Source: an uncultured Actinomycetes bacterium
GTDB lineage: Bacteria; Actinomycetota; Actinomycetes; Nanopelagicales; Nanopelagicaceae
NCBI GenBank assembly: GCA_903858325.1
Contig: CAIOIJ010000049.1
Coordinates: 1 to 58,002, forward strand
Reading direction: 5' to 3'
Length of the DNA: 58,002 nucleotides
Each line of letters begins with the position of its first letter. Position 1 is the stretch's first letter. The notes under the pieces are model-generated. The model made no database searches. It was not told where the DNA came from and saw only the letters and a program-made list of their open reading frames with translations. Positions 27,920 to 38,792 of the stretch are shown here, in pieces. The translations under genes were made by a program, and so were the position numbers.

Positions 27920-29502
27920 CCGCACGCGAAAGAATTGCCGGCACAGTAGCCAGTTATGTAGATGAGCGCACAGGCGCCGCTGCATGGATGAAGAAGAATC
28001 TCAACAAAGTATTTCCAGACCACTGGTCATTTCTTCTTGGAGAGATTGCGCTTTACTCTTTTATTATTTTGTTGCTCTCTGGAACTTTCCTAACCTTCTG
28101 GTTTGATCCTTCACAGCGTGAAGTTATTTATGATGGAAATTACGAACCACTCTCTGGTTTAAAGATGTCAGCTGCATATGCCTCAACGCTGCATATTTCA
28201 TTTGAGGTGCGCGGCGGATTATTGATGCGCCAAATTCACCACTGGGCGGCACTTCTATTTATGGTTGCAATTGTTGTGCACTTGCTGCGCGTGTACTTCA
28301 CAGGTGCTTTCCGCAAGCCTCGCGAATTCAACTGGATTATCGGTGTAGGCCTTCTCACTCTTGGAATCGTTGAAGGCTTCCTCGGATATTCATTACCTGA
28401 TGATCTTTTATCAGGAACTGGTATTCGAATTGCTGAAGCCATTATTCAAGCGCTGCCAGTTGTAGGTTCCTACATTTCATTCTTTGCCTTCGGTGGAGCT
28501 TTCCCGGGTGAGGCATTTATTCCACGAATCTTTACTGTCCACGTTCTGCTTCTGCCTGGAATTTTCTTAGCGCTCATTACAGTGCACTTGATGTTGGTCT
28601 GGTACCAGAAGCACACGCAATATCCAGGCCCAGGACGCACAGAGAAAAATGTTGTCGGCTTCCCATTACTTCCTGTTTATATGGCAAAAGCTGGCGGATT
28701 CTTCTTCATTGTTTTTGGTGTTACTGCTTTTCTATCTGCAGTCGCATCAATCAACCCAATTTGGCTCTATGGTCCTTACACACCAGGACAAATTTCTGCA
28801 GGCTCACAACCTGACTGGTACATGGGTTGGCTCGATGGATTAGTTCGTATGGCTCCCCCGCTGGAAACTCACGCATTTGGTCACACAATCTCCTGGAACA
28901 TTCTTATTCCAGGTTTGATTCTTCCAGGAATTATGTTCACAGGTCTTGCTCTCTATCCATTTATTGAATCATGGATATCTGGCGACAAACGCGAACATCA
29001 CATTCTGGATCGTCCACGTAACGTTCCTAACCGCACTGCAATCGGTGCAATGGCACTGACATTTACAATCGTCGGTCTTCTCAATGGTGGTAACGATATT
29101 ATTGCGACAACTTTCAATCTCACAATCAATCAAATGATGTGGTTTAGCCGAATTGGTATTTTGGTATTGCCTCCAATCGCCTTTGTTGTAACAAAGCGTC
29201 TCTGTCTTTCATTGCAACGTGCCGATCGCGATCTAGTTCTTCATGGTCGCGAAACAGGTACTTTGCTTCGTATGCCAAGTGGTGAATTCGTGGAAGTTCA
29301 CGAGCCAATCTCAGCAGAGAAGGCTTGGACACTCACACAACACGAGCAACCTGTTCCGCTAGAGCTCAGTGATACTGATACGCGTGGGCTCAAGCGTCCA
29401 GGTGCAATCAAGAATAAATTACGTAATCGAATGAGCCGTGCTAACGCAGTCGCTGTTCCAAAAGTTACTGCCCAAGATCTCAAAGAGATTGAGCATCACT
29501 AG
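27916..29502 (+). CDS. qcrB: Cytochrome bcc complex cytochrome b
   Basis: FPDHWSFLLGE, RQIHHWAA, GSQPDWY. Confidence 0.96.
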   Translation: MTARERIAGTVASYVDERTGAAAWMKKNLNKVFPDHWSFLLGEIALYSFIILLLSGTFLTFWFDPSQREVIYDGNYEPLSGLKMSAAYASTLHISFEVRGGLLMRQIHHWAALLFMVAIVVHLLRVYFTGAFRKPREFNWIIGVGLLTLGIVEGFLGYSLPDDLLSGTGIRIAEAIIQALPVVGSYISFFAFGGAFPGEAFIPRIFTVHVLLLPGIFLALITVHLMLVWYQKHTQYPGPGRTEKNVVGFPLLPVYMAKAGGFFFIVFGVTAFLSAVASINPIWLYGPYTPGQISAGSQPDWYMGWLDGLVRMAPPLETHAFGHTISWNILIPGLILPGIMFTGLALYPFIESWISGDKREHHILDRPRNVPNRTAIGAMALTFTIVGLLNGGNDIIATTFNLTINQMMWFSRIGILVLPPIAFVVTKRLCLSLQRADRDLVLHGRETGTLLRMPSGEFVEVHEPISAEKAWTLTQHEQPVPLELSDTDTRGLKRPGAIKNKLRNRMSRANAVAVPKVTAQDLKEIEHH

Positions 29503-30370
29503 TTCGCTTCGCAACTACTAACCACACACCCACAACGGTGATGGCGGTTCCTATAAAGCCGTAGACGCTAACTTTCTCACCAAAGAGGAAGTACGCCTCT
29601 ACCGCCGTCACTGGTGGGACTAAGTAATAGTAGGAAGAAACACTTGCCGCACTTCCAACTCGTAGTAAGTAGAAGAGCAACAAGATTGCACCCACAGAGA
29701 GCACAACAATGAGCCACACAAGAGAGAAAATGAAGTGTGGATCCCACGTCACTTCAATCTTCTCTGTTGATATAGCGAGTACTCCCACAAAAAAAGCAGT
29801 CATTGCATACTGAATTGAAGTCGATACAAGCACAGGTAATTGCCCGCCGTAGCGCTTCTGCAACAAAGTTCCACTAGTTCCACCCATGAGTGCCACAACG
29901 CACGCACCCAAAGCGATCCATGAGATATCGGATGCGGTTCTAATGCGTGGAGTAAGAACAATGATCAGACCTAGAAGACCCAGGATCAGCCCTGAAATTT
30001 TGCGAAAACTGAGCTCTTCCTTGAGGAATATCGCGGCAAAGACAGAGACCAGTACTGGTTGCAAACTCACAATAAGTGCCACGATGCCTGCAGGCAGGCC
30101 TTTGCTGACGGCGTAGAAGCATCCAGCAAGGTATGCGCCATGCAAAGTAACTCCTATTGCACTTGATTGCAGAAATATTGCTCGCGTTATTTCAAAACGC
30201 TTCGTGACTACGACTGCAATGAGTGCCAAAAGTGGAGCTGCAATGAGCATTCGCAGTGCCACAAAAGTAAAGGGCGGTGAATATGGAATTCCGTACTTCA
30301 CACCAATAAAGCCGGTACTCCATAAGAGAACGAAGAGGAATGGCGCAATGCGCCCGAATACCTTCTGCAA
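29480..30370 (-). CDS. DMT/EamA family transporter
   Basis: LWSTGFIG, about 10 hydrophobic segments, YLVPPVTA...LFGE. Confidence 0.88.
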   Translation of the reverse strand: MQKVFGRIAPFLFVLLWSTGFIGVKYGIPYSPPFTFVALRMLIAAPLLALIAVVVTKRFEITRAIFLQSSAIGVTLHGAYLAGCFYAVSKGLPAGIVALIVSLQPVLVSVFAAIFLKEELSFRKISGLILGLLGLIIVLTPRIRTASDISWIALGACVVALMGGTSGTLLQKRYGGQLPVLVSTSIQYAMTAFFVGVLAISTEKIEVTWDPHFIFSLVWLIVVLSVGAILLLFYLLRVGSAASVSSYYYLVPPVTAVEAYFLFGEKVSVYGFIGTAITVVGVWLVVAKRTSDAQSL

Positions 30371-30378
30371 GTTATGTG

Positions 30379-30783
30379 TTAGTGAGAAGAAGTAGAAAGT
30401 GGCTTCTCGTATTCAGTAACCATGCCAATAATGCTGATTACTAAAACTGAAATACCTATCAAAGTTAGCCACCAACCGATAAGTAAACCGGTTCCCGCAA
30501 CACACATGCTCAGCGCTACAGGAAGTGGCCACCATGAGTGAGGGCTATAGAAGCCAAGTTCACCTGCGCCATCGGCGATCTCTGCCGTGGAATTATCTTC
30601 AGGCAAAGTTGTACCGATTCGACGCTGGGTGAACCAAACATAAAAACCAACCATTGCGGCAAGAAATGATGAGAGAAGCATGGCAGTGATACCAACAGCT
30701 TCACCATTGACCTGCCAATAGATGATCGTCATGATCACATAGAAAATTGCAAGACCTGCAAAGAGGCGCCAATTAGTTTTCAT
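30379..30783 (-). CDS. ctaF: Cytochrome c oxidase subunit 4 (actinobacterial)
   Basis: PED...AEIADGAGELGFYSPHSWWP. Confidence 0.93.
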   Translation of the reverse strand: MKTNWRLFAGLAIFYVIMTIIYWQVNGEAVGITAMLLSSFLAAMVGFYVWFTQRRIGTTLPEDNSTAEIADGAGELGFYSPHSWWPLPVALSMCVAGTGLLIGWWLTLIGISVLVISIIGMVTEYEKPLSTSSH

Positions 30784-30786
30784 GAA

Positions 30787-32439
30787 TTAGTGCCCTTCGG
30801 TTTTGATATGTGGATGGTGCAGATCAAATGCTGGGCGTTCACTGCTTATGCGTGGCATTGTCAAGAAGTTATGTCGCGGAGGTGGACATGATGTTGCCCA
30901 TTCCAAAGATGCTCCATAACCCCAAGGGTCATCACAATTTACAAGCGGTGAGTTACGTGTGATCCAAACATTTACTAAGAATGGAATCATCGAGAAAGCT
31001 AACAAGAATGCACCGATTGTCGAAACGGTATTCATAAATGTGAAGCCATCTGTTGGCAGGTAATCGGCATATCGACGTGGGAAGCCTTTGATACCTAACC
31101 AGTGCTGAATTAGGAATGTGAGGTGGAAACCGAAGAAAGTTGTCCAGAAGTGAATCTTTCCAAGGCGCTCATTGAGCATGCGTCCTGTCATCTTTGGCCA
31201 CCAGAAATAGAAGCCTGCGAACATCGCAAAGACCACAGTTCCAAAGAGAACGTAGTGGAAGTGAGCGACGACAAAGTAAGAAGCAGAGACTGTGAAGTCA
31301 AGTGGTGGCGATGCAAGAATAATTCCAGTGAGTCCACCCATAAGGAATGTCACTAAGAATCCCATTACCCACAACATCGGAGTTTCGAAAGAAACGTGAC
31401 CGCGCCACATTGTGCCGATCCAGTTGAAGAATTTCACACCAGTAGGAATACCGATAAGGAAAGTCATAAAGGAGAAGAACGGTAGTAAAACCTGACCGCT
31501 TGCAAACATATGGTGCGCCCATACTGAAACGGAGAGCGCGGAGATTGCAATCGTTGCAGCAATCAAACCTTTGTAACCAAAGATTGGCTTGCGGCTAAAT
31601 ACCGGAAGAATTTCGGTTGCGATTCCAAAGAATGGCAAAGCAAGAATGTAAACCTCTGGGTGACCAAAGAACCAGAAAAGATGTTGCCAGAGCATTGCGC
31701 CACCATTGGCTGGATCAAATAGATGAGAGCCAAAGAGTCTGTCTGATTCCAAACCAAGAAGTGCAACCGCTAGAGGTGGGAATGCAAGAAGAACCAGGAT
31801 TGAAGTAAGTAGAACGTTCCAAGAGAAAATAGACATTCTAAACATCGTCATACCCGGTGCACGCATTGTGAAAATAGTTGTAATGAAGTTAACGCCACCA
31901 AGAATTGTTCCGATACCGCCAAGTGCAAGACCCATTACCCACAGATCTCCACCGATACCTGGTGAATATGTTGAGTTAGCAAGAGGTGCGTAAGCAGTCC
32001 AGCCAAAGGATGCTGCTCCCCCAGGACTTAGGAATCCGCCAAATGCCATAAGACCACCGAAGAGGTAGAGCCAATACGACAACATGTTCAGACGTGGGAA
32101 TGCAACATCTGCTGCGCCAATTTGCAAAGGCATAATCACATTTGCAAAACCAACGAAGAGTGGAGTTGCAAACATCAAAAGCATGATGGTTCCGTGCATT
32201 GTAAAAATTTGGTTGTACTGCTCGTTGCTCAAGAATTGCATTCCTGGGCGAGCTAATTCGGAGCGAAGAACTAGCGCCAAAATTCCACCGATGAGGAACC
32301 ACGCGAAAGTAGTTACTAAGTACATGTAGCCGATTGACTTATGGTCAGTAGTTGTTAGGTACTTTACGAAGCGATTGCCTTTGTGCGTTGGCACTAGACC
32401 ACCTGAAGCGACACTTGGACGTTGTGCATACGTTGTCAT
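30787..32439 (-). CDS. ctaD: Cytochrome c oxidase subunit I (aa3, A1 type)
   Basis: [32 protein letters not shown]. Confidence 0.98.
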   Translation of the reverse strand: MTTYAQRPSVASGGLVPTHKGNRFVKYLTTTDHKSIGYMYLVTTFAWFLIGGILALVLRSELARPGMQFLSNEQYNQIFTMHGTIMLLMFATPLFVGFANVIMPLQIGAADVAFPRLNMLSYWLYLFGGLMAFGGFLSPGGAASFGWTAYAPLANSTYSPGIGGDLWVMGLALGGIGTILGGVNFITTIFTMRAPGMTMFRMSIFSWNVLLTSILVLLAFPPLAVALLGLESDRLFGSHLFDPANGGAMLWQHLFWFFGHPEVYILALPFFGIATEILPVFSRKPIFGYKGLIAATIAISALSVSVWAHHMFASGQVLLPFFSFMTFLIGIPTGVKFFNWIGTMWRGHVSFETPMLWVMGFLVTFLMGGLTGIILASPPLDFTVSASYFVVAHFHYVLFGTVVFAMFAGFYFWWPKMTGRMLNERLGKIHFWTTFFGFHLTFLIQHWLGIKGFPRRYADYLPTDGFTFMNTVSTIGAFLLAFSMIPFLVNVWITRNSPLVNCDDPWGYGASLEWATSCPPPRHNFLTMPRISSERPAFDLHHPHIKTEGH

Positions 32440-33200
32440 ACGGTGGCCGCCTTTAGGTTTTCAAGATAAGTCTGATATTCGGTTGGTGTTACAACTTTGA
32501 GAGTGAAAATCATCTGTGTGTGATTACGTCCGCAAAGAATGTTGCATCGACCAGGAAAATTTCCTAGCTTGTTGGCGGTGAACTCAATGTGGTTAGTAAC
32601 ACCAGGAAGATTCTGAATTTGAATCATGAATGCTGGAATCCAGAAACCGTGCACTACATCATTTGATGTAATCGTGTAACGAACGCGCTCCCCCATGGGG
32701 ACAACGAGTGTGGGTGGTTGATCAGGCGTGCCTGTAACAATCGCTTTTGGTCCTGCTTCAGGATATGTAAATTGCCATGACCATTGAATTCCTTCAACGC
32801 CAATTTCGTGGGCAACTGTTGTCGGTGACTTCTCGACAATCTTGCTCTCCTTCGTTGCAGTGAAATAAAAGAGAACTGCAACGATGAGAAATGGAATTAA
32901 TGTGTAAGCAACTTCAACGGGAACGTTGTATTGAGTCTGCTTTGGAAATTCTGGTCCGCCAACTTTAGTACGGTGAAAAATTGCTGGCCACACAATTAGA
33001 ATTAAAGTTATAAGTCCAACGACACCTGCAGTAATCCATGCACCCTGCCACAATGAGAGTGTGATGTCATTGACGCTCGACAAACCTTCTTCATGTCCAA
33101 GTCCTGAAACTTTGGAACAACCAGTGAGCGCAAGAACTACAGGCGCTAGAAGGAGAAGTCTGCGAATTCGAGAAGGCGCCTGCGGCCGCTGTTTGAACAT
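32436..33200 (-). CDS. ctaC: Cytochrome c oxidase subunit II (CuA, lipoprotein)
   Basis: LALTGC lipobox, [29 protein letters not shown]. Confidence 0.95.
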   Translation of the reverse strand: MFKQRPQAPSRIRRLLLLAPVVLALTGCSKVSGLGHEEGLSSVNDITLSLWQGAWITAGVVGLITLILIVWPAIFHRTKVGGPEFPKQTQYNVPVEVAYTLIPFLIVAVLFYFTATKESKIVEKSPTTVAHEIGVEGIQWSWQFTYPEAGPKAIVTGTPDQPPTLVVPMGERVRYTITSNDVVHGFWIPAFMIQIQNLPGVTNHIEFTANKLGNFPGRCNILCGRNHTQMIFTLKVVTPTEYQTYLENLKAATV

Positions 33201-33259
33201 AGGGGTAAGAATAGTGGCGTATTTACGCCTATCGCCTAATCGCTAGTAATCTCTCGTGG

Positions 33260-34333
33260 GTGGTTCGTGTCACAGGAAATTTCCAAAAAGAGAGTCCGTT
33301 GCACCCTAAGGCGCAGGCGGCGCTTTTGGCTGCCTTCGATGCCGGTTGGGCAGATCCGCGCAAACTTTCTACTGCCTCAACTACTGCCAGGCGAATGCGC
33401 CAAGAAGCCCTCGAATCTATCGCAGCACAATTATCGCTTCGAAGTGATGAGATTGAAATTCTCGGGGAGCCCTTATTGGGCCATCACTTAGCAATTGCGG
33501 GCTTGGCAACATCGCGCGAGAGCAAAATTTTTTATCCAGCAACTGCGCGAAGTGAAGTAATAGCTACCGCCAGGGCGCATGTACCTGTTGAACTAGCCGT
33601 TGATTTATTTGGAGATATTGAGAGCTCGCCTATGAGCGATAAAGGTGTTTTAGCCCTTCAGATTGCCAATGGCGAAACAGGAGTTATTCCTAAGGCTGAC
33701 CAGATTTGCAAATCTTTTCCAGATGCATTTATTGCTTGTGATGCAACATCTACTCCCGATTCAAATTTGCTGCCAGAGCGTTGGGATAGCGCGCTCTTCG
33801 ATTCACAATCATGGGCAGGTCCTGAAGGTATTGGCATTCTTGCAATTAGAAATTCGCCAGCTTGGAAAAATCCATTGCCACATATTGGAATTGCACGGGC
33901 ACCGCACAGTTATTCACTTCCGCTACTTCTGGCATCGGTTGTAGCGCTAGAAGCGTGGAAAACGCAGACTGGCGAGGATTCACGCTTGCGTGGGTTGAAT
34001 GCACAATTGCGATCTCGTATTGAGTCTTCCATTCTCGATTGCGATATTGCCGGGCAACTCGATTCTTCATTGCCACACATCGCATCGTTCTCATTTCTAT
34101 ATTGTCATGGCGAAGAACTTGTGCGTGCACTTTCTACCAAAGGCTTTGATGTTGACTCTGGCTCAGCATGTACTTCCGAAGATTTAGCTCCCAGCCATGT
34201 ATTGGCCGCGATGGGAGTTCTCACGCATGGCAATATTCGCATTACTTTGCATCGTGATTGCTCCGATGAAGATGTAGAAAAATTGGGTGATGCCATTATT
34301 GAAAGTGTTGCAGAGTTGCGAGCTAGAAATTGA
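33260..34333 (+). CDS. Cysteine desulfurase-like (class V aminotransferase fold), degenerate PLP site
   Basis: PLHP, GWADP, ANGETG, SGSACTS...PSHVLAAMG retained; the HK motif is replaced by QS. Confidence 0.8.
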   Translation: MVRVTGNFQKESPLHPKAQAALLAAFDAGWADPRKLSTASTTARRMRQEALESIAAQLSLRSDEIEILGEPLLGHHLAIAGLATSRESKIFYPATARSEVIATARAHVPVELAVDLFGDIESSPMSDKGVLALQIANGETGVIPKADQICKSFPDAFIACDATSTPDSNLLPERWDSALFDSQSWAGPEGIGILAIRNSPAWKNPLPHIGIARAPHSYSLPLLLASVVALEAWKTQTGEDSRLRGLNAQLRSRIESSILDCDIAGQLDSSLPHIASFSFLYCHGEELVRALSTKGFDVDSGSACTSEDLAPSHVLAAMGVLTHGNIRITLHRDCSDEDVEKLGDAIIESVAELRARN

Positions 34334-34536
34334 AAGTTGTCGATAGTCGCGGCAAACGTTGTCCTGCACCAATAATCGATTGCGCCAAAGAACTGGCGCA
34401 AACCGCACATGGTGAATCCATCACTTTGCTCAGCGACGATCCTGCAACATTGCCTGATTTGCTGGCATGGGCACGCATGAGCGGGAACGTGGCGGAACAA
34501 ATTGAAAAAGAAAGTTTTCGCGTAACTAAGAAGTAA
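34330..34536 (+). CDS. tusA: Sulfurtransferase TusA family
   Basis: VDSRGKRCPAP, LLSDDPA; start overlaps the desulfurase stop. Confidence 0.88.
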   Translation: MKVVDSRGKRCPAPIIDCAKELAQTAHGESITLLSDDPATLPDLLAWARMSGNVAEQIEKESFRVTKK

Positions 34537-35520
34537 TTAGTTGGGGCTTCCAATGTGAGAAGCAATCTCTGCAGCCGCAGCTTCGCCATATGCCTCTTTG
34601 AAACGCGCGACAAACTCTTCATTTGTAAATCGATATTCCTGTGTTCCCAAAGTTTCAATAACGTAGGTCGCAATCATTGAACCCAACTGTGCGCAACGTT
34701 CGTGACCTAGGCCCCAAGCAAGACCGGCAATAAAACCTGATCTAAATGAATCACCAACGCCGGTGGGATCAATCTTGGCCTTCTCTTTAGGAACTCCAAC
34801 GCGAATTGCTTGCGCGCCAGCGCCTTCAACGACTGCGCCTTGAGAACCATGAGTCACAACGCGATATTTCACGCGAGACAAAATCTCGGCATCGCTCCAA
34901 CCAGTTTTTTGCATAGCAAGTGCAAGTTCATATTCATTGAGAAATAGATATGTAGCGCCTTCAATGAGCAATTTGATTTCATCACCATTCATGCGCGCCA
35001 TCTGCTGTGAAGGATCTGCAGCAAAAGCAATTCCTTGTTCGCGACAGACTTCTGAATGGCGAAGCATCGCCTCTGGGTCATCGGGAGAGATAACAACCAT
35101 GTCGAAGCGCCCTGTTTTTTCCATGATTGGCGCTAACTCGATATTTCGCGCTTCACTCATTGCCCCTGGAAAAAACGATGCAATTTGATTCAACTCGGTA
35201 TCAGTTGTCACCATGAAGCGCGATGTGTAAAGCTCTTTTGATTTGTAAACATGGGCCGTATCAACGCCATGGCGAATAAGCCATGCATCGTAATCTGCCC
35301 AATCGACTCCTACTGCGGCAATGAGAATTGGGTTTAGGCCAAGTACGCCCATGCCATAAACAATATTGGCCGCACAACCACCACGACGAATATCTAAACT
35401 ATCGACTAGAAATGAGAGCGAAACTTTTTCGAGTGAGCCCTCAACAAGGGAATCAGTAAATTTCCCCGAGAAGGTCATGAGATGGTCGATACCAACAGAA
35501 CCCGCAACGCCTATTTTCAT
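34537..35520 (-). CDS. adoK: Adenosine kinase (PfkB family, actinobacterial)
   Basis: SLSFLVD, RRGGCAANI, ADPSQQ, NEYE, DPTGVGDSFRSG; synteny. Confidence 0.88.
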   Translation of the reverse strand: MKIGVAGSVGIDHLMTFSGKFTDSLVEGSLEKVSLSFLVDSLDIRRGGCAANIVYGMGVLGLNPILIAAVGVDWADYDAWLIRHGVDTAHVYKSKELYTSRFMVTTDTELNQIASFFPGAMSEARNIELAPIMEKTGRFDMVVISPDDPEAMLRHSEVCREQGIAFAADPSQQMARMNGDEIKLLIEGATYLFLNEYELALAMQKTGWSDAEILSRVKYRVVTHGSQGAVVEGAGAQAIRVGVPKEKAKIDPTGVGDSFRSGFIAGLAWGLGHERCAQLGSMIATYVIETLGTQEYRFTNEEFVARFKEAYGEAAAAEIASHIGSPN

Positions 35521-35551
35521 GTGGCGATACTAGGGTGTAACGAAGTAAAAG

Positions 35552-35911
35552 TTAGTTGAATGAATCGCCGCAAGCACAAGATCCTTGTGCATTGGGATTA
35601 TCAATCGTGAAACCTTGCTTCTCGATAGTGTCAACGAAATCGATTGTTGCACCGGAAAGGTACGGGTCACTCATCTTGTCAGTAATAACTTTGACTGCGC
35701 CGAATTCGCGAACGATATCGCCATCCATATTGCGATCATCAAAATAGAGTTGGTAACGAAGACCAGAGCAACCACCAGGCTGTACAGCAACACGAAGGTT
35801 GAGGTCATCGCGACCTTCTTGAGCTAGAAGCGCTGCTACTTTGGTTGCAGCTACATCTGTGAGAGCGATACCTGTCGTTGTGCTTGTTGTGCTTGTTGTC
35901 TCAGTTGTCAT
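35552..35911 (-). CDS. A-type Fe-S cluster carrier (HesB/IscA/ErpA)
   Basis: PGGCSGLRY, NPNAQGSCACGDSF; GGAG Shine-Dalgarno before ATG 35911. Confidence 0.94.
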   Translation of the reverse strand: MTTETTSTTSTTTGIALTDVAATKVAALLAQEGRDDLNLRVAVQPGGCSGLRYQLYFDDRNMDGDIVREFGAVKVITDKMSDPYLSGATIDFVDTIEKQGFTIDNPNAQGSCACGDSFN

Positions 35912-35996
35912 TTTTTCTCCCCGTTTCAAGAGGCAACTCTACATCCAACGCCTTGTCGAGGCGACATAAACACAAATTCTGAGAGAGAATGCGCCT

Positions 35997-37136
35997 ATGG
36001 CATTGAGTGACCTTCTTCTCCTTGGGCAAGGCAGCGACCTATCTAGCCAACGCGGCGTCTCATGTACCGGAGAACTTCCCGCCCAGAGTGATCCATCACT
36101 TGTAGAGCGCGCAAAGAAAGCACGGGTCGCTTTAGGTTCGCGAGCAATTGTTTTGGGTCATCACTATCAACGCGATGAAGTAATCGACTTTGCAGATATC
36201 ACGGGCGACTCCTTCAAACTTGCTCAAGCAGCTGCTGCGCAAAGTAGCGCTGAATATGTAATTTTCTGTGGCGTTCACTTTATGGCAGAGAGCGCCGACA
36301 TTCTCACATCAAAGGAACAGAAAGTAATTCTTCCAGACCTTGCTGCCGGATGTTCTATGGCAGATATGGCAACGGCAAATCAAGTCAATCAATGTTGGAA
36401 ATCTTTAGAAGAAGTTGGCGTTGCATCCAAGACTATTCCAGTCACATATATGAATTCATCTGCAGCAATCAAAAGTTTTACTGGCGAACATGGTGGAACT
36501 ATTTGCACATCTTCCAATGCCGAAAAGACAATGCGTTGGGCGCTAGATCAGGGCGAGAAAATTCTCTTTCTTCCAGATCAACACTTAGGTAGAAATACCG
36601 CAGTCCTTTCCCTTGGTTTATCTCTTGAGGATTGCGTGCTTTGGAATCCTTGGAAACCAATGGGTGGACTTACACGTGAAGAGATCGGGAAAGCGAAAGT
36701 AATTTTGTGGCGTGGCCATTGCTCAGTTCATGGACGATTCACTCTTGATTCAGTCAATGAGATTCGCTCGCGCGTGCAAGGTGTTCAAGTATTAGTGCAC
36801 CCTGAATGCCAGCATGAAGTTGTTTCGGCTGCCGATGCCGTTGGCTCCACTGAAAAAATTATCCGAACCGTGAGCGACTCAGCTGCTGGCAGCAAATGGG
36901 CAATCGGTACTGAACTCAATTTAGTATCGCGCCTTGCAAAAAATAATCCAGATAAAGAGATTTATTTTCTCGATAAAGCCATCTGTTATTGCTCAACTAT
37001 GAATCGAATTGACCTGCCGCACTTGGTATGGGCGATGGAATCCCTCGTGGCCGACCATGTCGTCAACCGCATTTCGGTACCTGATTATGTGGCCCGCTTC
37101 TCCAAACTCTCGCTGGAAAGAATGCTGGCTCTATAG
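35997..37136 (+). CDS. nadA: Quinolinate synthase
   Basis: LGHHYQR, GDSFKL, FCGVHFMAE, AGCSMA, YMNSSA, CTSSNA, HPEC, CYCSTM. Confidence 0.96.
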   Translation: MALSDLLLLGQGSDLSSQRGVSCTGELPAQSDPSLVERAKKARVALGSRAIVLGHHYQRDEVIDFADITGDSFKLAQAAAAQSSAEYVIFCGVHFMAESADILTSKEQKVILPDLAAGCSMADMATANQVNQCWKSLEEVGVASKTIPVTYMNSSAAIKSFTGEHGGTICTSSNAEKTMRWALDQGEKILFLPDQHLGRNTAVLSLGLSLEDCVLWNPWKPMGGLTREEIGKAKVILWRGHCSVHGRFTLDSVNEIRSRVQGVQVLVHPECQHEVVSAADAVGSTEKIIRTVSDSAAGSKWAIGTELNLVSRLAKNNPDKEIYFLDKAICYCSTMNRIDLPHLVWAMESLVADHVVNRISVPDYVARFSKLSLERMLAL

Positions 37137-37144
37137 TTACCGCC

Positions 37145-37684
37145 ATGACAAGTACAGATAATGGATCAGATAAAAAAGGTCGCCCAACACCAAAGCGTAA
37201 AGATTCGCAATCAAAGCGCATCGTTTCCTCTCTTTCTCCAGTAACTACTAAAGAAGAGAAGAAGCGCGCTAAGGCCAATGCTCTCGCTGCACGTCAAGCA
37301 ACTCGTACTGCCTACTTACGTGGCGATGAGAATGCACTACCTGCGCGTGACCGTGGATCTGCTCGTCGCTTCGTTCGTAACTATGTCGATTCACGCAGAT
37401 CCATTGGCGAATATTTTCTGCCAATTATCTTTGTCGTACTTGTGCTCACACTTATTCCAATCGCCGCCGTTCAACTTGGCTCGATTGCCTTGATGTATTC
37501 GGTTCTCATGGTTGCAGCAATTGATGGCGTATTTCTTTCACGCAAAATAAAGAAATTGGTAGCCGAGAAATTCCCTAATGAAATAGTTAGGGGAATAGGA
37601 ATGTATGCATGGCTGCGATCGACTCAGATGCGCCGTTTACGCGCACCTAAGCCAATGCACAAAGTTGGAGATACTAACTTCTAA
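37145..37684 (+). CDS. DUF3043 family membrane protein
   Basis: KGRPTPKRK, LPARDRG...RNYVDSRR, RSTQMRRLRAPKP. Confidence 0.88.
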   Translation: MTSTDNGSDKKGRPTPKRKDSQSKRIVSSLSPVTTKEEKKRAKANALAARQATRTAYLRGDENALPARDRGSARRFVRNYVDSRRSIGEYFLPIIFVVLVLTLIPIAAVQLGSIALMYSVLMVAAIDGVFLSRKIKKLVAEKFPNEIVRGIGMYAWLRSTQMRRLRAPKPMHKVGDTNF

Positions 37685-38686
37685 TTAGGCGCGAGGATTT
37701 GGGCTTTCATTCTTCTTAGGATCCTTCTCTGGAAGATTTCCGAGCGCCTTATCAATTGCCTTCATTGTGTCGGCTGAGAGTTTGATTCCTGAAGCCTTTA
37801 CATTCTCCTTTACTTGCTTTGGAGTAGTTGCTCCCATAATTGCACTTGAAACATTTGGGTTTTGAAGAACCCATGCAATTGCCAACTGTGACATTGAGAT
37901 TCCTGCTTCATCTGCAATTGGCTTGAGTTTTTGAACTGCAGTGAGAACTTCATCGCGCATCCAGCCAGAGATCATTCCAGCACCACTCTTCTTATCTGTA
38001 GCACGTGAACCTGCAGGTGCTTTCTTGCCTGGCAAATATTTACCAGTCAAAACACCTTGCGCCATTGGAGACCAAACAATTTGGCCAATTCCTTCTTTGA
38101 TTGAAAGCGGCACAACTTCGGTCTCAATTACTCGCCATAGAGCTGAATATTGTGGCTGGCTAGAAACAAAGCGGTTGTATCCGCGTTCATCTTGAATTTT
38201 TAGTGCACTTGAAATTTGCTGTGCATCCCATTCTGAGAAACCGATGTAGTGAACTTTTCCTGCACGGATAAGGTCATCAAATGCACTTAGTGATTCTTCT
38301 AGCGGTGTCTCGTAATCGAAACGGTGCATTTGGTAGAGATCGATGTGGTCAGTTTGCAAGCGCTTCAATGATGCGTTACACGATTCAATAATGTGCTTAC
38401 GTGAAAGTCCACGATCGTTCTTACCTGTACCTGTTGGCCAGTAAACCTTTGTGAAAAGTTCGTATGACTCGCGGCGAATACCTTTGAGTGCTTTTCCTAG
38501 AACGGTCTCAGCTTTTGTTCCTGCGTAAACATCAGCAGTATCAAAGGTAGTAATTCCAAGGTCATAAGCAGTCTTAACACATTTGATTGCAGCATCAGAT
38601 TCAACTTGCGAACCGTGAGTAATCCAGTTTCCGTAGGAAATCTCTGAAACATACATTCCGGTACTGCCTAAGCGACGATATTCCAT
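37685..38686 (-). CDS. Aldo/keto reductase (Kv-beta/Tas-like)
   Basis: FDTADVY, GLSRKHI, SLKRLQTDHIDLY, WSPMAQGVLTGKY; GAGGGA Shine-Dalgarno before ATG 38686. Confidence 0.92.
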   Translation of the reverse strand: MEYRRLGSTGMYVSEISYGNWITHGSQVESDAAIKCVKTAYDLGITTFDTADVYAGTKAETVLGKALKGIRRESYELFTKVYWPTGTGKNDRGLSRKHIIESCNASLKRLQTDHIDLYQMHRFDYETPLEESLSAFDDLIRAGKVHYIGFSEWDAQQISSALKIQDERGYNRFVSSQPQYSALWRVIETEVVPLSIKEGIGQIVWSPMAQGVLTGKYLPGKKAPAGSRATDKKSGAGMISGWMRDEVLTAVQKLKPIADEAGISMSQLAIAWVLQNPNVSSAIMGATTPKQVKENVKASGIKLSADTMKAIDKALGNLPEKDPKKNESPNPRA

Positions 38687-38792
38687 GACGTACTCCCTCA
38701 CGATTGGCTCTGATGAACGCTAAAACTCTAAAGCGTGCGCGCCCTGTTGCCAAGTTGAATCTCCTGTGGTTTGGTTACGCCACAACTTCATA

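Noticed and set aside
35877-35899. 9-nt tandem repeat GTTGTGCTT
   Set aside because: In-frame low-complexity Thr/Ser N-terminus of the IscA-like protein; too short to suggest phase variation.
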